64,000 nucleotides of DNA from Planctomycetota bacterium (GTDB taxonomy: Bacteria > Planctomycetota > UBA1135 > UBA2386), in the NCBI GenBank assembly GCA_965228735.1, contig OZ245838.1, positions 416,001 to 480,000 of the forward strand, in the 5' to 3' direction. The translations under genes and the position numbers were made by a program. This document shows positions 41,119 through 51,306 of the stretch, one piece after another (position 1 is the stretch's first letter; the number at the start of each line of letters is the position of its first letter). A model generated the notes under the pieces. The model ran no database searches. It had not been told where the DNA came from and worked only from the letters and a program-made list of their open reading frames with translations.

Positions 41119-42102
41119 ATGGACTCCGTGACCCAATTCGCGCTGGGGGCTGCCGTCGGCCACGCGGTGCTCGGCAAACACGTCGGCCGCCGCGCGCTCG
41201 TCTGGGGTGCGCTGCTCGGCACGCTGCCGGATCTCGACATCGTGATCCCGATGGCGGATCCGGTCGACGCGTTCACCCGGCACCGCTCCTGGACCCACTC
41301 GGTGTTCGTGGTGACGCTCGCGGCGCCGCTGTTCGCCTGGCTGGCGCGGCGGATCCACCCGGCAACGCGTGAGCACGGTCGCGGCTGGCTCGCGCTCGTG
41401 CTGCTGGTCTTCTGGACGCACGTGCTGCTCGATGCCTGCACGGTCTACGGCACGCAGCTCCTCTGGCCGCTGCCGTTCGCGCCGGCGAGCTGGTCGCTGA
41501 TCTTCGTCATCGATCCGGTCTACACCCTGCCGCTCCTCGTGGGGATCGTCGGCGCGTGGTTCGGCCGCGCGCGCTGGAACCGGGTCGGGCTCGCGCTGAG
41601 CACCGCGTACCTGCTCTGGTGTGGCGCGGCGAAGTGGCACGTCGAGTCGGTCGTGCATGGGCAGCTCGTGACGGAGGGTCGCGCGGACGCGCTCGTGCTG
41701 ACGACGCCGTCGCCGTTCAACTCCCTGCTCTGGCGCGTCGTCGTGATGGGCGAGCGCAGCTATTCCGAAGGCTACTACTCGCTCGTCGCCGACGACGCCG
41801 TCACGTTGACCGAGTACCCGAGCGAAGTCGCGCTGCTCGAGCCGATCGCCGAGCACCCGCCGGTCGCGCGACTGCGGTGGTTCACCGACGGCCTCTACGG
41901 CGTGCGGCGGGCGGGCGACAACGTCGTCGTCAGCGACCTGCGGATGGGCAGCGAGCCTGACTACGTCTTCCGCTTCGTCGTCGGTCGTGCGATCGCCGGC
42001 CGCATCGAGCCGGTGCCGGCGCGTCGCGACGAGACGGCGCTCGACTACTCCGCGCTGTCACGAGTGTGGGCGCGGATCTGGGATTCGACGGTCGCGTTGT
42101 GA
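41119..42102 (+). CDS. Membrane-bound metal-dependent hydrolase (YdjM-like)
   Basis: MDSVTQFALGAAVG, TLPDLD, HRSWTHS, HVLLDACTVYGT, IFVIDPVYT. Confidence 0.9.
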   Translation: MDSVTQFALGAAVGHAVLGKHVGRRALVWGALLGTLPDLDIVIPMADPVDAFTRHRSWTHSVFVVTLAAPLFAWLARRIHPATREHGRGWLALVLLVFWTHVLLDACTVYGTQLLWPLPFAPASWSLIFVIDPVYTLPLLVGIVGAWFGRARWNRVGLALSTAYLLWCGAAKWHVESVVHGQLVTEGRADALVLTTPSPFNSLLWRVVVMGERSYSEGYYSLVADDAVTLTEYPSEVALLEPIAEHPPVARLRWFTDGLYGVRRAGDNVVVSDLRMGSEPDYVFRFVVGRAIAGRIEPVPARRDETALDYSALSRVWARIWDSTVAL

Positions 42103-42175
42103 AGTCGAATCCGCGCTGGCGCCGAGCGGCCGCACGGGTCTGCGAAGACTCGACCACGAAACTCGCCCTGACGCC

Positions 42176-43585
42176 TCAGGGCTGAATCGTCAGCGTCAGC
42201 GCGTGGCTCGCGCGCACGCCGAACTGGCCGCAGCCGCCGGTGTCGAGCCAGGCGCTTTGCACCGCGAACGACTGCCCGGCGGCGATGTTGGCGAGCGACA
42301 CCGGCAACATGGCGTGGCCGTTGGCGTCGGCGACGAGGCCGGCCGTGGCGGCGAAGGGCGACGGCAACCAGATCGACAGGTCGAGCACCGTGCTCGGCGC
42401 AGTCGCCGGGGCGTAGGCCAGCCACATCACGCCGAGGCTGCCCGCCGGCGCGTGGTCGGTGCGCAGGCCGAACCCGGTGAGGCCGACGCGCGGCCAGGTC
42501 GTGGCATTGAGCCAGGTGTCGGCGGCGCACGCCGGCGAACCCGTGCCGTGGCAGGCCGTGCCGACCGGCGGCAGCGCGGCGTCGGCGACGGCGACGATGC
42601 GCTCGAAGTACGGCCAGGTCAGCTGGCCGTTGCTGGCGACGACGAACACGCCGGTGACTTCACGCGCCCGATCGATCCAACCGCAGAAACCCCAGAACCC
42701 GGGGCTGCTGACGTGCGTCGCTCGACCGGCCGAGTCCTGCTGGTCGACCCACAGCCCGATGCCGTAGGGCGCGCCCTGCGGGTTGGGCGAGAACGTGATC
42801 GGCAGGTGGCTGGTCTGGTCCGTCATCATCTCCTCGACCGCGGCCTCGCTGAGGATGCGCACGTTGTTGTGGATCCCGCCGTTTCGCAGCGTCTCGAAGA
42901 AGATGCTGTAGTCGCGCAGACTGCTGACGGCGCCGCCCGAGATGCGCGGGTTGTTGGTCATCCCGTGCGCCGTGTAGGACGTGTCGGTGAGGCCGAGCGG
43001 GGTCGCGACGCGCTGGTCGAACAGCTGGGCCCACGGTTGGCCAGCGACGACCTCGCACACGGCGCCGGCCACGTGCATTCCGACGCTGCCGTACGAGAAG
43101 CGCGTGCCCGGCGTGAACTGCTGCGCTTCGTTGGCGATGTTCTGCGCCGCGGTCCGCAGGTTGATCGAGTGGTTGCTGACCCACTGCGACGAGTTCGGCA
43201 GGCCGGACGTGTGCGCGAAGCACATCCGTAACGTGATCGTGTCGAGCGGCGGCGTCGAGTACTCGGGCAGATACATCGCGACCGGATCGTCGAGGGCCAG
43301 CAGCTGCTGGTCGACGAGCGACATCAGTACCGTTGCCGACATCGGTTTGGTGGCCGACGCCATGGCGACGACCTGCTGCAGGCTGTACGAGCCGAACGAC
43401 TGGCGGTAGAGGTTCTGGCCGTGCTGGTTGATCTCCAGGTTGGCGCCTAGCGTGCCGGGCACGGCGGCCATCACCTGCTGCACGATGTTGGTCACCTCGT
43501 TGAGGCCGTGGCAGGTCGGCCCCTGGGCGATGGCGGCGGCGGAGAACAGAATGGCGGCGGTCTGGCAGGTGCGCGCGTGCGGCAT
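42176..43585 (-). CDS. Secreted serine hydrolase (class C beta-lactamase family) with shared C-terminal domain
   Basis: SATK (SxxK), HTSGLP, PGTRFSYG, SSPG.WG. Confidence 0.9.
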   Translation of the reverse strand: MPHARTCQTAAILFSAAAIAQGPTCHGLNEVTNIVQQVMAAVPGTLGANLEINQHGQNLYRQSFGSYSLQQVVAMASATKPMSATVLMSLVDQQLLALDDPVAMYLPEYSTPPLDTITLRMCFAHTSGLPNSSQWVSNHSINLRTAAQNIANEAQQFTPGTRFSYGSVGMHVAGAVCEVVAGQPWAQLFDQRVATPLGLTDTSYTAHGMTNNPRISGGAVSSLRDYSIFFETLRNGGIHNNVRILSEAAVEEMMTDQTSHLPITFSPNPQGAPYGIGLWVDQQDSAGRATHVSSPGFWGFCGWIDRAREVTGVFVVASNGQLTWPYFERIVAVADAALPPVGTACHGTGSPACAADTWLNATTWPRVGLTGFGLRTDHAPAGSLGVMWLAYAPATAPSTVLDLSIWLPSPFAATAGLVADANGHAMLPVSLANIAAGQSFAVQSAWLDTGGCGQFGVRASHALTLTIQP

Positions 43586-43641
43586 GACGGTTTCCTCGTG
43601 AGTGGGTGGACCGGCGCATGCTGCGACCGAAGCGCGACGAC

Positions 43642-43660
43642 GTCTTGGCCGGAGTTGACC
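43642..43660 (-). promoter_or_regulatory. Putative AraC-family site, copy 1 (GGTCA-N6-GCCAAGAC)
   Basis: Same motif as 44580-44598; upstream of the serine hydrolase. Confidence 0.55.
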
Positions 43661-43740
43661 CGTCGGGCGCGGTTTTCCGGTTTGGCTGTCATGTCGGCGG
43701 CCGGTCACGCGACCGTGGGGGAGCCGCCCGTGCCCGCCCG

Positions 43741-44565
43741 ATGAGCTACCATCGCCTCGCTCCCCGCCGTCCCGTCGATCGGATCGTCGACCACTATTGG
43801 TTGTTCGAGAACGAGACCATGACCGCGGCGCATGGCCAGCTGTTCGCCGATGGCGCGGCCGACCTGATGTTCGATCTCGGCGAGCCAGTGCTGCTGCACC
43901 AGCACGGCCGGATCTCGCGTTGGGCCGGAGCCTGGGTGTCGGGTCAGCGCACGGCTCCGATCGGGGTCGAACTCATCGAGCGGCAGGTCACGATGGCCGG
44001 CGTGCGGCTGCGGCCCGGCGGGCTCGCAGCGCTGCTCGGCGCGCCGGCCAGCGAAGCCGTGGATGCCATCGTCGAGCTGCGCGAGTTCTGGCGCGGCTTC
44101 GCCGGCGAGGCGCTGGATCGGCTTGCGACCGCGCGCGGGCCGCGGGCGCGACTCGCGGCGCTCGCGGCGGTCGTCGAACGCCGGTTCGGGGTGTCCGCGG
44201 CGGTGGCGCCGCCGCCGTCGCTCGCGGGCGCGCTCCTCATGATCAAGAACGAGCCCAGGGCGGTGTCGGTGCGTGCGCTGCACGAACGCCTCGGCATCAG
44301 CCACAAGCACCTGACCCGGCTGTTCCATCGCCACGTCGGCCTGACGCCGAAGGTCTACCAGCGGATCTGTCGCTTCCGTGACCTGTTCGATCGACTGGCC
44401 GTCGAGCGCGGCCCGCTCAACTGGGCCGGGCTCGCCCTCGAGTGCGGCTATACCGACCAGGCGCACCTGTGCACCGAGTTCCGCGCCTTCACCGGTCTGA
44501 CGCCGACGCGCTACCGCCGGCCGCCGGTGCCGTTGCCGGAGTACCTGCCCCAGCCGGTGGTCTGA
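43741..44565 (+). CDS. AraC family regulator (DUF6597-type N-terminus)
   Basis: ADGAADLMF, GVRLRPGG, FHRHVGLTPK, GYTDQAHL..EFRAFTGLTP. Confidence 0.92.
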   Translation: MSYHRLAPRRPVDRIVDHYWLFENETMTAAHGQLFADGAADLMFDLGEPVLLHQHGRISRWAGAWVSGQRTAPIGVELIERQVTMAGVRLRPGGLAALLGAPASEAVDAIVELREFWRGFAGEALDRLATARGPRARLAALAAVVERRFGVSAAVAPPPSLAGALLMIKNEPRAVSVRALHERLGISHKHLTRLFHRHVGLTPKVYQRICRFRDLFDRLAVERGPLNWAGLALECGYTDQAHLCTEFRAFTGLTPTRYRRPPVPLPEYLPQPVV

Positions 44566-44579
44566 GGACCTTCGCCCGA

Positions 44580-44598
44580 GGTCAGGTTTCGCCAAGAC
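44580..44598 (+). promoter_or_regulatory. Putative AraC-family site, copy 2
   Basis: GGTCAGGTTTCGCCAAGAC upstream of the gene at 44630. Confidence 0.55.
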
Positions 44599-44629
44599 GG
44601 TTGCCGCGTCGGTCGCCAACCTCGGCGCC

Positions 44630-45112
44630 ATGTCACCCGTCGTTGCCATCGCGTTCCCGATCACCTTGTTGGTCGCCGCCGCCTCCGGTCAGTGTGCGTT
44701 CCAGACCGTTGCCGTCCAGAGTCACGGCGCGGGCTGCAACGAGGTCGTGCCCGTCGTGCCGCAACTCGCGGCCGCGCTCGACGCCGGCAGCTGCACGCTG
44801 TCGTTGCGGGTCGATGCCGACCCCGGTTGCTGCAACTCGTCGGTGCAGGCCTACGCGCTCGTCGTGGGCAGCCAGCCGGCGAACCTGCCGCTCCCGCTGT
44901 CGGCGCCGGCGTGCCGATTGCTGGTGCAGCCCGACCTGTTCGTCGCGCAGGCCGGCCCGAACGCGAACGCGTTCCACTTCGCGCTTCCGCCCGCCATGCC
45001 GCCGGTGACCTTCCTCGTGCAGGGCAGCGCGCTCTATCGGTCGACGGTGACCTGGCCTTCGACGGCGTTCCGTGTCGGCCTGACGCCGGGCTACACCGTC
45101 ACGCTGCACTGA
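44630..45112 (+). CDS. Small secreted protein, essentially a stand-alone copy of the shared C-terminal domain
   Basis: Signal peptide, then HGAGC...C.LLV.P...LP...VTFLVQ...LTPGYTVTLH. Confidence 0.72.
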   Translation: MSPVVAIAFPITLLVAAASGQCAFQTVAVQSHGAGCNEVVPVVPQLAAALDAGSCTLSLRVDADPGCCNSSVQAYALVVGSQPANLPLPLSAPACRLLVQPDLFVAQAGPNANAFHFALPPAMPPVTFLVQGSALYRSTVTWPSTAFRVGLTPGYTVTLH

Positions 45113-45726
45113 TGCGCGCGGCCCTCGTGTGGGCGGCGGTGCTGGCGCTCGCCGTCACGCTGTTGCGCCTCTGCGGTGAACTCGCCGGCTGGGATGCGGC
45201 GGTGTTCGACCGCCGACCCGGCGGCGGTCGGTCGTGGCTCGGCATCACCTGGCTCGTGATCCCGGTCGGCTTCTGGCTCGGTCGTCTGCTGGCGAAGGCC
45301 GGTCAACGGCCCAGCTCGGTGCCGCGGTCGGCGGCCGTGCACCTCGGCGGAATCAGTCTGCTGATCGCGTTGTTCGTCGGCGCGTTCGCCGTCACGTCGA
45401 GCTGGCCGCTGCGCAGCGTCCTCGTCAACGGCGGCGCGGTGCTCTGCGGCCTGCTGGCGCTGTGGTCGTGGCCGCGAGGCTTCGCGGTCCTGTTCGCATA
45501 CGGATTGCTGAGCCGATTGCCCGTCGTCGTCGTGCAGTTCGTCGCGATCGCTCGTGGCTGGGACACCCACTTCGCGAAGGGGCCGCCGGGCTCGGACCCG
45601 GCGGATGCGTGGTGGATGCTGACGTTGGCGCAGCTCGTGCTCTGGCCGTTTGCCTACACGACGCTGGTCGGCGGTTTCTGTGCGGTCATCGGCGCGCTGA
45701 CGGTGCGGCGCGCGGTCGGTTCTTGA
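45112..45726 (+). CDS. Multi-pass membrane hypothetical protein
   Basis: About 6 hydrophobic segments; start overlaps upstream stop. Confidence 0.75.
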   Translation: MRAALVWAAVLALAVTLLRLCGELAGWDAAVFDRRPGGGRSWLGITWLVIPVGFWLGRLLAKAGQRPSSVPRSAAVHLGGISLLIALFVGAFAVTSSWPLRSVLVNGGAVLCGLLALWSWPRGFAVLFAYGLLSRLPVVVVQFVAIARGWDTHFAKGPPGSDPADAWWMLTLAQLVLWPFAYTTLVGGFCAVIGALTVRRAVGS

Positions 45727-45798
45727 CGCTGCCTCCGCGCAGACGCGCGGGAGGCCGCGGAGCGCGCATGGCCGATGGCGGTGTGGTAGGAACGTGCC

Positions 45799-46710
45799 AT
45801 GCCTGACGTGACGCTGCGCCCGATGGAGCCGGCCGACCAACCCGCGGTCGCCGAGTTGATCCTGCGCTCGACGAACGCCTGGTACGAGGCCCACGGCAAG
45901 TCGCCGGTGTTCTCTTGCCGGCCAACCGACGTCGAGGTGTTCTGTCGCGTCTACGAAGCGCTGGACCCGGGCTGCTGCGTGCTCGCCGAACTCGATGGCA
46001 ACCTCGCGGGTTCGTGCTTCTGGCACCCGCGCGAAACCCACGTCGCGCTCGGCATCATGAACACCGCGCCGGAGGCGGCTGGCCGCGGCATCGCCGTGCG
46101 GTTGCTCGACCATGTCATCGCGCGCGCCGACGAACGCGGTTTGCCGGTGCGGCTGGTGTCGAGCGCGCAGAACCTGGACTCGTTCTCGCTCTACAACCGG
46201 CGCGGTTTCCGGCCGTACGCCGTGCACCAGGACATGGCCATCGCGGTCCCCGAAGGCGGCGTCGCCGTGCCCGCGGGCGTGCGCCCGGCGACGCTGGCCG
46301 ACGTGCCGGCCATGGTCGAACTCGAACGCGACATCAGCGGGATCGAACGCCGCCGGGACTTCGAGATGTTCGTGCAGAACACGGAAGGGATCTGGCACGT
46401 GTCGGTCGCCGAGGGTGATGGCGGCCGCCTGAACGGTTTCCTCGCGTCGGTGCGCCACCCGGCCAGCGCGATGCTCGGCCCGGGTGTCGCGCGCGATGAT
46501 GCAACGGCGCTGGCGTTGATCCGGGCCGAGCTCGATGCGCACCGAGGCGGAACGCCGATCGTCCTGCCGCCCAGCGATCGGCCCGCGCTGCTCGCGAAGC
46601 TGTATGCGCTCGGCGGTCGCAACGTCGAGCTGCACGTGGCGCAGGCGCTCGGTGAAGTCGCTCGGCCGCGCGGTGTCGTGCTGCCGACGTTCCTGCCGGA
46701 GACGGGCTGA
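45799..46710 (+). CDS. GNAT acetyltransferase (tandem GNAT-like)
   Basis: AAGRGIA acetyl-CoA motif, SFSLYNRRGF. Confidence 0.82.
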   Translation: MPDVTLRPMEPADQPAVAELILRSTNAWYEAHGKSPVFSCRPTDVEVFCRVYEALDPGCCVLAELDGNLAGSCFWHPRETHVALGIMNTAPEAAGRGIAVRLLDHVIARADERGLPVRLVSSAQNLDSFSLYNRRGFRPYAVHQDMAIAVPEGGVAVPAGVRPATLADVPAMVELERDISGIERRRDFEMFVQNTEGIWHVSVAEGDGGRLNGFLASVRHPASAMLGPGVARDDATALALIRAELDAHRGGTPIVLPPSDRPALLAKLYALGGRNVELHVAQALGEVARPRGVVLPTFLPETG

Positions 46711-46817
46711 TCGGCGGGCGTTGGCGGCGGCACTTCCGGCCGCCGTCGAGCCGCGGCGACCTCGGCCGCGCGCTGGGCTAGTCGGCATTGACCCCCTCCG
46801 AATCCCAAGGATCTTGC

Positions 46818-48986
46818 ATGTCGCTTCTCCATCGCGCGAACGCCGTCTCCGGTCTCGTCCTGCTCGTCAGCGTGACCGCCGTCCCGTCCCTGGCCCAGAA
46901 CTGGGTGGCCGTCACGAACAGCGTCGAGGTCAGCGACGTACCGTGCGCCTACGACAGCCATCGCGACCGGGTGGTCGCGGTCGACGCGGCGCGCGGTCGC
47001 GCGTTCGAGCACGACGGTGAGCGCTGGCTCGCGATCGGCTCGCTGCCGACCGTCTTCGGCACGCCGGTCGCCGTCGCCTACCAGGAACACAGCGGCCGCA
47101 CGCTCGCGCTCGTCCCGGGCGCCGGTTCCGGGTTCCTGACCTACGAGTACGACGGGCACTCGTTCACGCAGCGGTTGCCCGCGCTCGCGCCGCCGGTGCG
47201 GCAGTACACCCAGCTGGCGTACGACGCCGCCCGAGACGTCGTCGTGCTGTTCGGTGGCGGCGACACGAGCCCGCCCGCGAGCTACGGCGACACGTGGGAA
47301 TGGAACGGCGTCGATTGGACGCAGCGTCAGCCGGCAACGAGCCCGCCGCCGCGCCAGAACGCGGCGATGGCCTACGATCCGGGGCGCGGACGCGTCGTGT
47401 TGTTCGGCGGGGTCGACGGCACGACGACGCTCGGTGACCACTGGGAGTGGGACGGCGTCAACTGGACGCAGCCCGCGGTCGGCACCCTGCCGACGGCGCG
47501 GCGCCGCGCGCAGCTCGCGTACGACGCGGGCCGCAGTCGCATGGTGCTCTACGGCGGCGTCGGGCCGCAGAACGGGCTGCCGTTCTTCGATCCACAGCCG
47601 TGGGAGTTCGACGGCCAGCAGTGGACGCAGCAGGCGATCGCCAACCCGCCCGAGGGGCGGTCGCATCACGCGATGGTCGCGGTGCCCGGCGGCGTCCGGA
47701 TCTTCGGCGGCTTGCTCAATCCGTTCCAGCCGGCGACGTACAAGCCGCTCGACATCCTGGACTACGACGGCGTGGCGTTCGCGCGGCGCGGTGGCAGCAG
47801 CACGGTCGACGTGCACCTGGCATACGACGCCGGGCGCGGCCGCACGGTGGCGCTGACGCGCGAGCTGCCCGGCTCGCGCCCGCCCCGCACGTTGGAGTGG
47901 GACGGCTTCGCGCTCGTCGAGGTGCCGGTCGCCGGTCCGAGCGTCGGCGTCACCGGCTTCGCGCTCTCGGCCGGCCTCGGCGGGCCCGGCGGCGGGGTCA
48001 TCGGCGTCGCCGACAACGGCAGCACCTGGACCTTCGCCGGCACGCAGTGGACGCAGCTCGCGGTGGCCGGGCCGTCGCCGCGCGGCTACGCGGCGCTCGC
48101 GACCGACACGGCCCGCGGCGTCGTCGTGCTGTTCGGCGGCGCCGATTCGGCCGGTGAGCGCGACGACACCTGGGAGTGGAACGGGGCGAGCTGGACCAAC
48201 GTGCCGGTCGCCGGCCCGTCGCCTCGCGCCGCCGCGAGCGCCGCGTTCGAACCCACGGCCGGTCGCGTCGTGCTCTACGGCGGCGGTTCGGGACAGTCGT
48301 TCCTGTCCGATACCTGGGCCTACACCGTGGCCGGCTGGACGCAGATCGACAGCGGCAGCCTGCCGGCCGAGTTCGGTCAACTCGCCTGGTCGCCGGAGCG
48401 CCAACGCGTGGTGCTCGCGCGCACGACGAACGGCGGCTTCGGCCCTCAGGCGACCTTCGAGCTCGTCGGCAACGCGTGGTCGCCGCTGCTCCCGCCGGAA
48501 CCCGGGCGCGAGCTCCTGCGCCTCGCCACCGACCCGAACGGGCACGTCGTCGGATTCGGCGGCCCGGACCCGCTCGACGTCGCGTTGCTCACCGGTTCTC
48601 CGGCAGTGATCGCGCTCGCCGGCTCGGGCTGCTCCGCGCAGCCGGTCGCGCCGCGCCTCGCGCTGCACGACCGCGCCCGCCCGGGCAACGTGCTGCGCTG
48701 CGAGCTCATCGGCGCGGAGCCGAACGCGATCGCACTGTTCGCGGGCAGCCACGCGTTCGCGACGAGCGCGATCGGCCCGTGCCTGCTGCACCTGCAGCAG
48801 CCGGCAGTGCTCGCGGTCACCGGAACCAACGCGGTGGGGCAGGCGACGCTGCCGATCGGCGTGCCCGCGGTCGCAGCGCTGGTCGGCGTGCCGATTGGCC
48901 TGCAGGTCGCGGCGGCCGAGACCGGCGGTCCGATCGGTGGTGCGCTCGCGCTCAGCGACGCGCTCCGCATCGTGATCGGTGACTGA
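46818..48986 (+). CDS. Secreted kelch/beta-propeller protein with shared C-terminal domain
   Basis: Repeated AYD..R..VVLFGG...DTWEW.G..WT units. Confidence 0.9.
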   Translation: MSLLHRANAVSGLVLLVSVTAVPSLAQNWVAVTNSVEVSDVPCAYDSHRDRVVAVDAARGRAFEHDGERWLAIGSLPTVFGTPVAVAYQEHSGRTLALVPGAGSGFLTYEYDGHSFTQRLPALAPPVRQYTQLAYDAARDVVVLFGGGDTSPPASYGDTWEWNGVDWTQRQPATSPPPRQNAAMAYDPGRGRVVLFGGVDGTTTLGDHWEWDGVNWTQPAVGTLPTARRRAQLAYDAGRSRMVLYGGVGPQNGLPFFDPQPWEFDGQQWTQQAIANPPEGRSHHAMVAVPGGVRIFGGLLNPFQPATYKPLDILDYDGVAFARRGGSSTVDVHLAYDAGRGRTVALTRELPGSRPPRTLEWDGFALVEVPVAGPSVGVTGFALSAGLGGPGGGVIGVADNGSTWTFAGTQWTQLAVAGPSPRGYAALATDTARGVVVLFGGADSAGERDDTWEWNGASWTNVPVAGPSPRAAASAAFEPTAGRVVLYGGGSGQSFLSDTWAYTVAGWTQIDSGSLPAEFGQLAWSPERQRVVLARTTNGGFGPQATFELVGNAWSPLLPPEPGRELLRLATDPNGHVVGFGGPDPLDVALLTGSPAVIALAGSGCSAQPVAPRLALHDRARPGNVLRCELIGAEPNAIALFAGSHAFATSAIGPCLLHLQQPAVLAVTGTNAVGQATLPIGVPAVAALVGVPIGLQVAAAETGGPIGGALALSDALRIVIGD

Positions 48987-49228
48987 CTGCTCTGGCGGGA
49001 CCGGGAGTCAGGAAGCTGCCGAGCGTGGTTTCGGTGCGAGTCCCGGCGCTCGAACGAGGGCCTCGGTCCGCCAGGTCCTGCGCCGGCGATCGGTGCACGA
49101 GCGGCCGCCGCATGGGGCCGCCCGTCGGCGCCAGCGCCGCCGCGGGCGCCGGTTTTCTCGATTTCGTCGATGGGGCCCATGCCCAAACGGTGATGAGCGA
49201 GGTGAACCCGAAACCTCACCGCAAGACC

Positions 49229-50218
49229 ATGCTCACCGACCTGATCACTCTCACGGCTCTCTCGCTCGCCCCCCAGGGGCCTGCCACCACGTTCGTCGAC
49301 ACGACGTTCGACAACGCCACATGGACCACGTCCTACGTCGTCATCGGCCCCGGTATCACGAGCACGGGCAGCGGCGCCCAGGTCCAGAACGGCAACCCCG
49401 CGCCGGCCTGGCGCTCGACCCACACGTTCGTCGCCGGCGCCGGCTCGACGACGGTCTGGGCGATCCACATGAGCAGCGCCGCGGTCTACGACCCCGCGAC
49501 CGACGCGATTGCGCACGTCGACTTCTCGATCGACTACCAGACGAACGTCAACACCGGCGTCCAGCCGGCGCTCACGCAGGGCTCGCGCCACTACGTCTCC
49601 CTGACCGGCGCCTGGTTGACGGGCGGCACGGCTGGGGTCTGGGTGACCCGCGGAACCCAGCCCCTGGTGGAACACGACTACGTCGAGCTGCTGCCGAACG
49701 GCAACTACGCGCAGAACAACCACCCCGACTTCACGACCGGCGGCTCGCCGATCCAGTTCGGTTTCGTCACCGGCAACTCGACCGCCACGACGGCCACGTA
49801 CGAGGCCGACTGGGACAACTTCCGCATCGGCCTCAACGGCGTGGCCGCGACCACCGCGGTGCGCCTCGGATCGCCACCGAACCCCGACGCTCTGCGCCCG
49901 ACGTCGGGCCACGGCCCCGTCCTCGGCACGACCTGGGGACCGGTCGTCGACCACACCACGTTCCTGCCCAACGCGACGCTCGACTTCCTCGCGTTCGGTT
50001 TCTTCCCGGCCAGCACCCCGACGCCGCACGGCGTGCTGCTCTGCAGCCCGATCGCCAACGGCTACGGCCTGACCGCGGGTCAGCCGTTCCAGTTCCCGAT
50101 CCCCAACGACTCGAGCTTCCTCGGCATGCCGTTCTGCCTGCAGGCCGGCTCGATCGACCCGGGGCAAGGCGTGTTCGCGCTGACGAACGCGCTCGATGCC
50201 ACGATCGGGACGTACTGA
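49229..50218 (+). CDS. Secreted hypothetical protein with shared C-terminal domain
   Basis: Signal peptide; HPDFT.GG.PIQFGF; ends LGMPFCLQAG...FALTNALDATIGTY. Confidence 0.78.
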   Translation: MLTDLITLTALSLAPQGPATTFVDTTFDNATWTTSYVVIGPGITSTGSGAQVQNGNPAPAWRSTHTFVAGAGSTTVWAIHMSSAAVYDPATDAIAHVDFSIDYQTNVNTGVQPALTQGSRHYVSLTGAWLTGGTAGVWVTRGTQPLVEHDYVELLPNGNYAQNNHPDFTTGGSPIQFGFVTGNSTATTATYEADWDNFRIGLNGVAATTAVRLGSPPNPDALRPTSGHGPVLGTTWGPVVDHTTFLPNATLDFLAFGFFPASTPTPHGVLLCSPIANGYGLTAGQPFQFPIPNDSSFLGMPFCLQAGSIDPGQGVFALTNALDATIGTY

Positions 50219-50274
50219 GCGCTCCGACGCCACAGCGGCGGTCGCCACGCGCGCGGGCGGCCGTCGAACGAGGC

Positions 50275-51048
50275 TCATCGTTCGCCGATCAGGCGCTCGA
50301 CGGCTTCGATGCGCCCGGTGATGCGCTCGACTCGGGTTGCCGAGTCCAGCTGCCCCGCGGCCGCGGCCTTGCGGAACATCGCGTTCGCTGACCGCAGGTG
50401 CTGCAGCGCTGCGGCCAGATCCGCGCGCACGCCATCCGACCGTGGGTCGGCGCCGGCATCGATCGCGGCTTCGGCGCGCTCCTGGTGCGCCCAACCGAGG
50501 TCGTAGACCAGCGTCGTTCGAAACCGCGGGAGGTTGGCGTTGTCGGCATCGGCGTTGGCGAGCTCGTCGCAGAGCGCGAGGGTCCGGCGACATTCGGCGA
50601 TCGCATCGTCGAGTCGCGCCGCCTTGATCAGGATCTCGCAGAACGGCACGCCGCGCCGGAGCCGATCGAAGGCGACCAGCGCGTCATCCGGCGCGGCCGC
50701 GAGCCGTTCGTCCAGCCGCGCGATGTACGGCTCGAACGCCGCCGCCGCGCGCTCGAACTCCCCGAGCATGTAGAGCGCGAGCCCGACGTCCGCGCCGGCA
50801 CTCGCGAGCGCGAGCTGGGCACCGTCGTCCGCGGGATTGCGCTCGGCGCGCAGGCGGTGGTGGTCACGCACCGCCTCGAAGCCCGAGAGCGCGTCTTCGT
50901 GCCGCCCCTGGCTCCCGGCGATCGAAGCGCTCCGCGCGAGGGCGCGCAGGTACGACTTCTCGACCAACCGGTCCACCGGATCGTCGGGTGCAACGACGAG
51001 ATTCACGAGCAAGGCACCCAGAACGGAAACGGTCGGTCGCAGGATCAT
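50275..51048 (-). CDS. TPR-like helical repeat protein, possibly a detached kinase C-terminus
   Basis: G..EDAL..F, LGEFERA...F, LDDAIAE.RR.L repeats. Confidence 0.6.
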   Translation of the reverse strand: MILRPTVSVLGALLVNLVVAPDDPVDRLVEKSYLRALARSASIAGSQGRHEDALSGFEAVRDHHRLRAERNPADDGAQLALASAGADVGLALYMLGEFERAAAAFEPYIARLDERLAAAPDDALVAFDRLRRGVPFCEILIKAARLDDAIAECRRTLALCDELANADADNANLPRFRTTLVYDLGWAHQERAEAAIDAGADPRSDGVRADLAAALQHLRSANAMFRKAAAAGQLDSATRVERITGRIEAVERLIGER

Positions 51049-51306
51049 CGTTCACCTCGGTTGGAGTCACCGAGATCAGCGCCGCGCGCCCGCGTTCGTC
51101 ACGCCTATTGCAGCGATACGCGGAACAGCTCGAACCCAGACGCTCCGGTGGTGCCGCGCTGGGCTCTCCGGGCTCTCGAGCGCCGACCGTATTCGGCCGG
51201 CGAGAAACCGCGTTTTCTGCGAACGGTTGTTAGTCCGCCGAAGTGACCGCACCCCTCGCAGTGAGCTCCATCCGTTCCGGATGGCGCCACGACCCACGAG
51301 GGAATC

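Noticed and set aside
45091..50593. Very long minus-strand ORFs (565, 866 and 715 aa)
   Set aside because: Arg/Ala-rich, motif-free shadows of the GNAT, kelch and secreted-protein genes.
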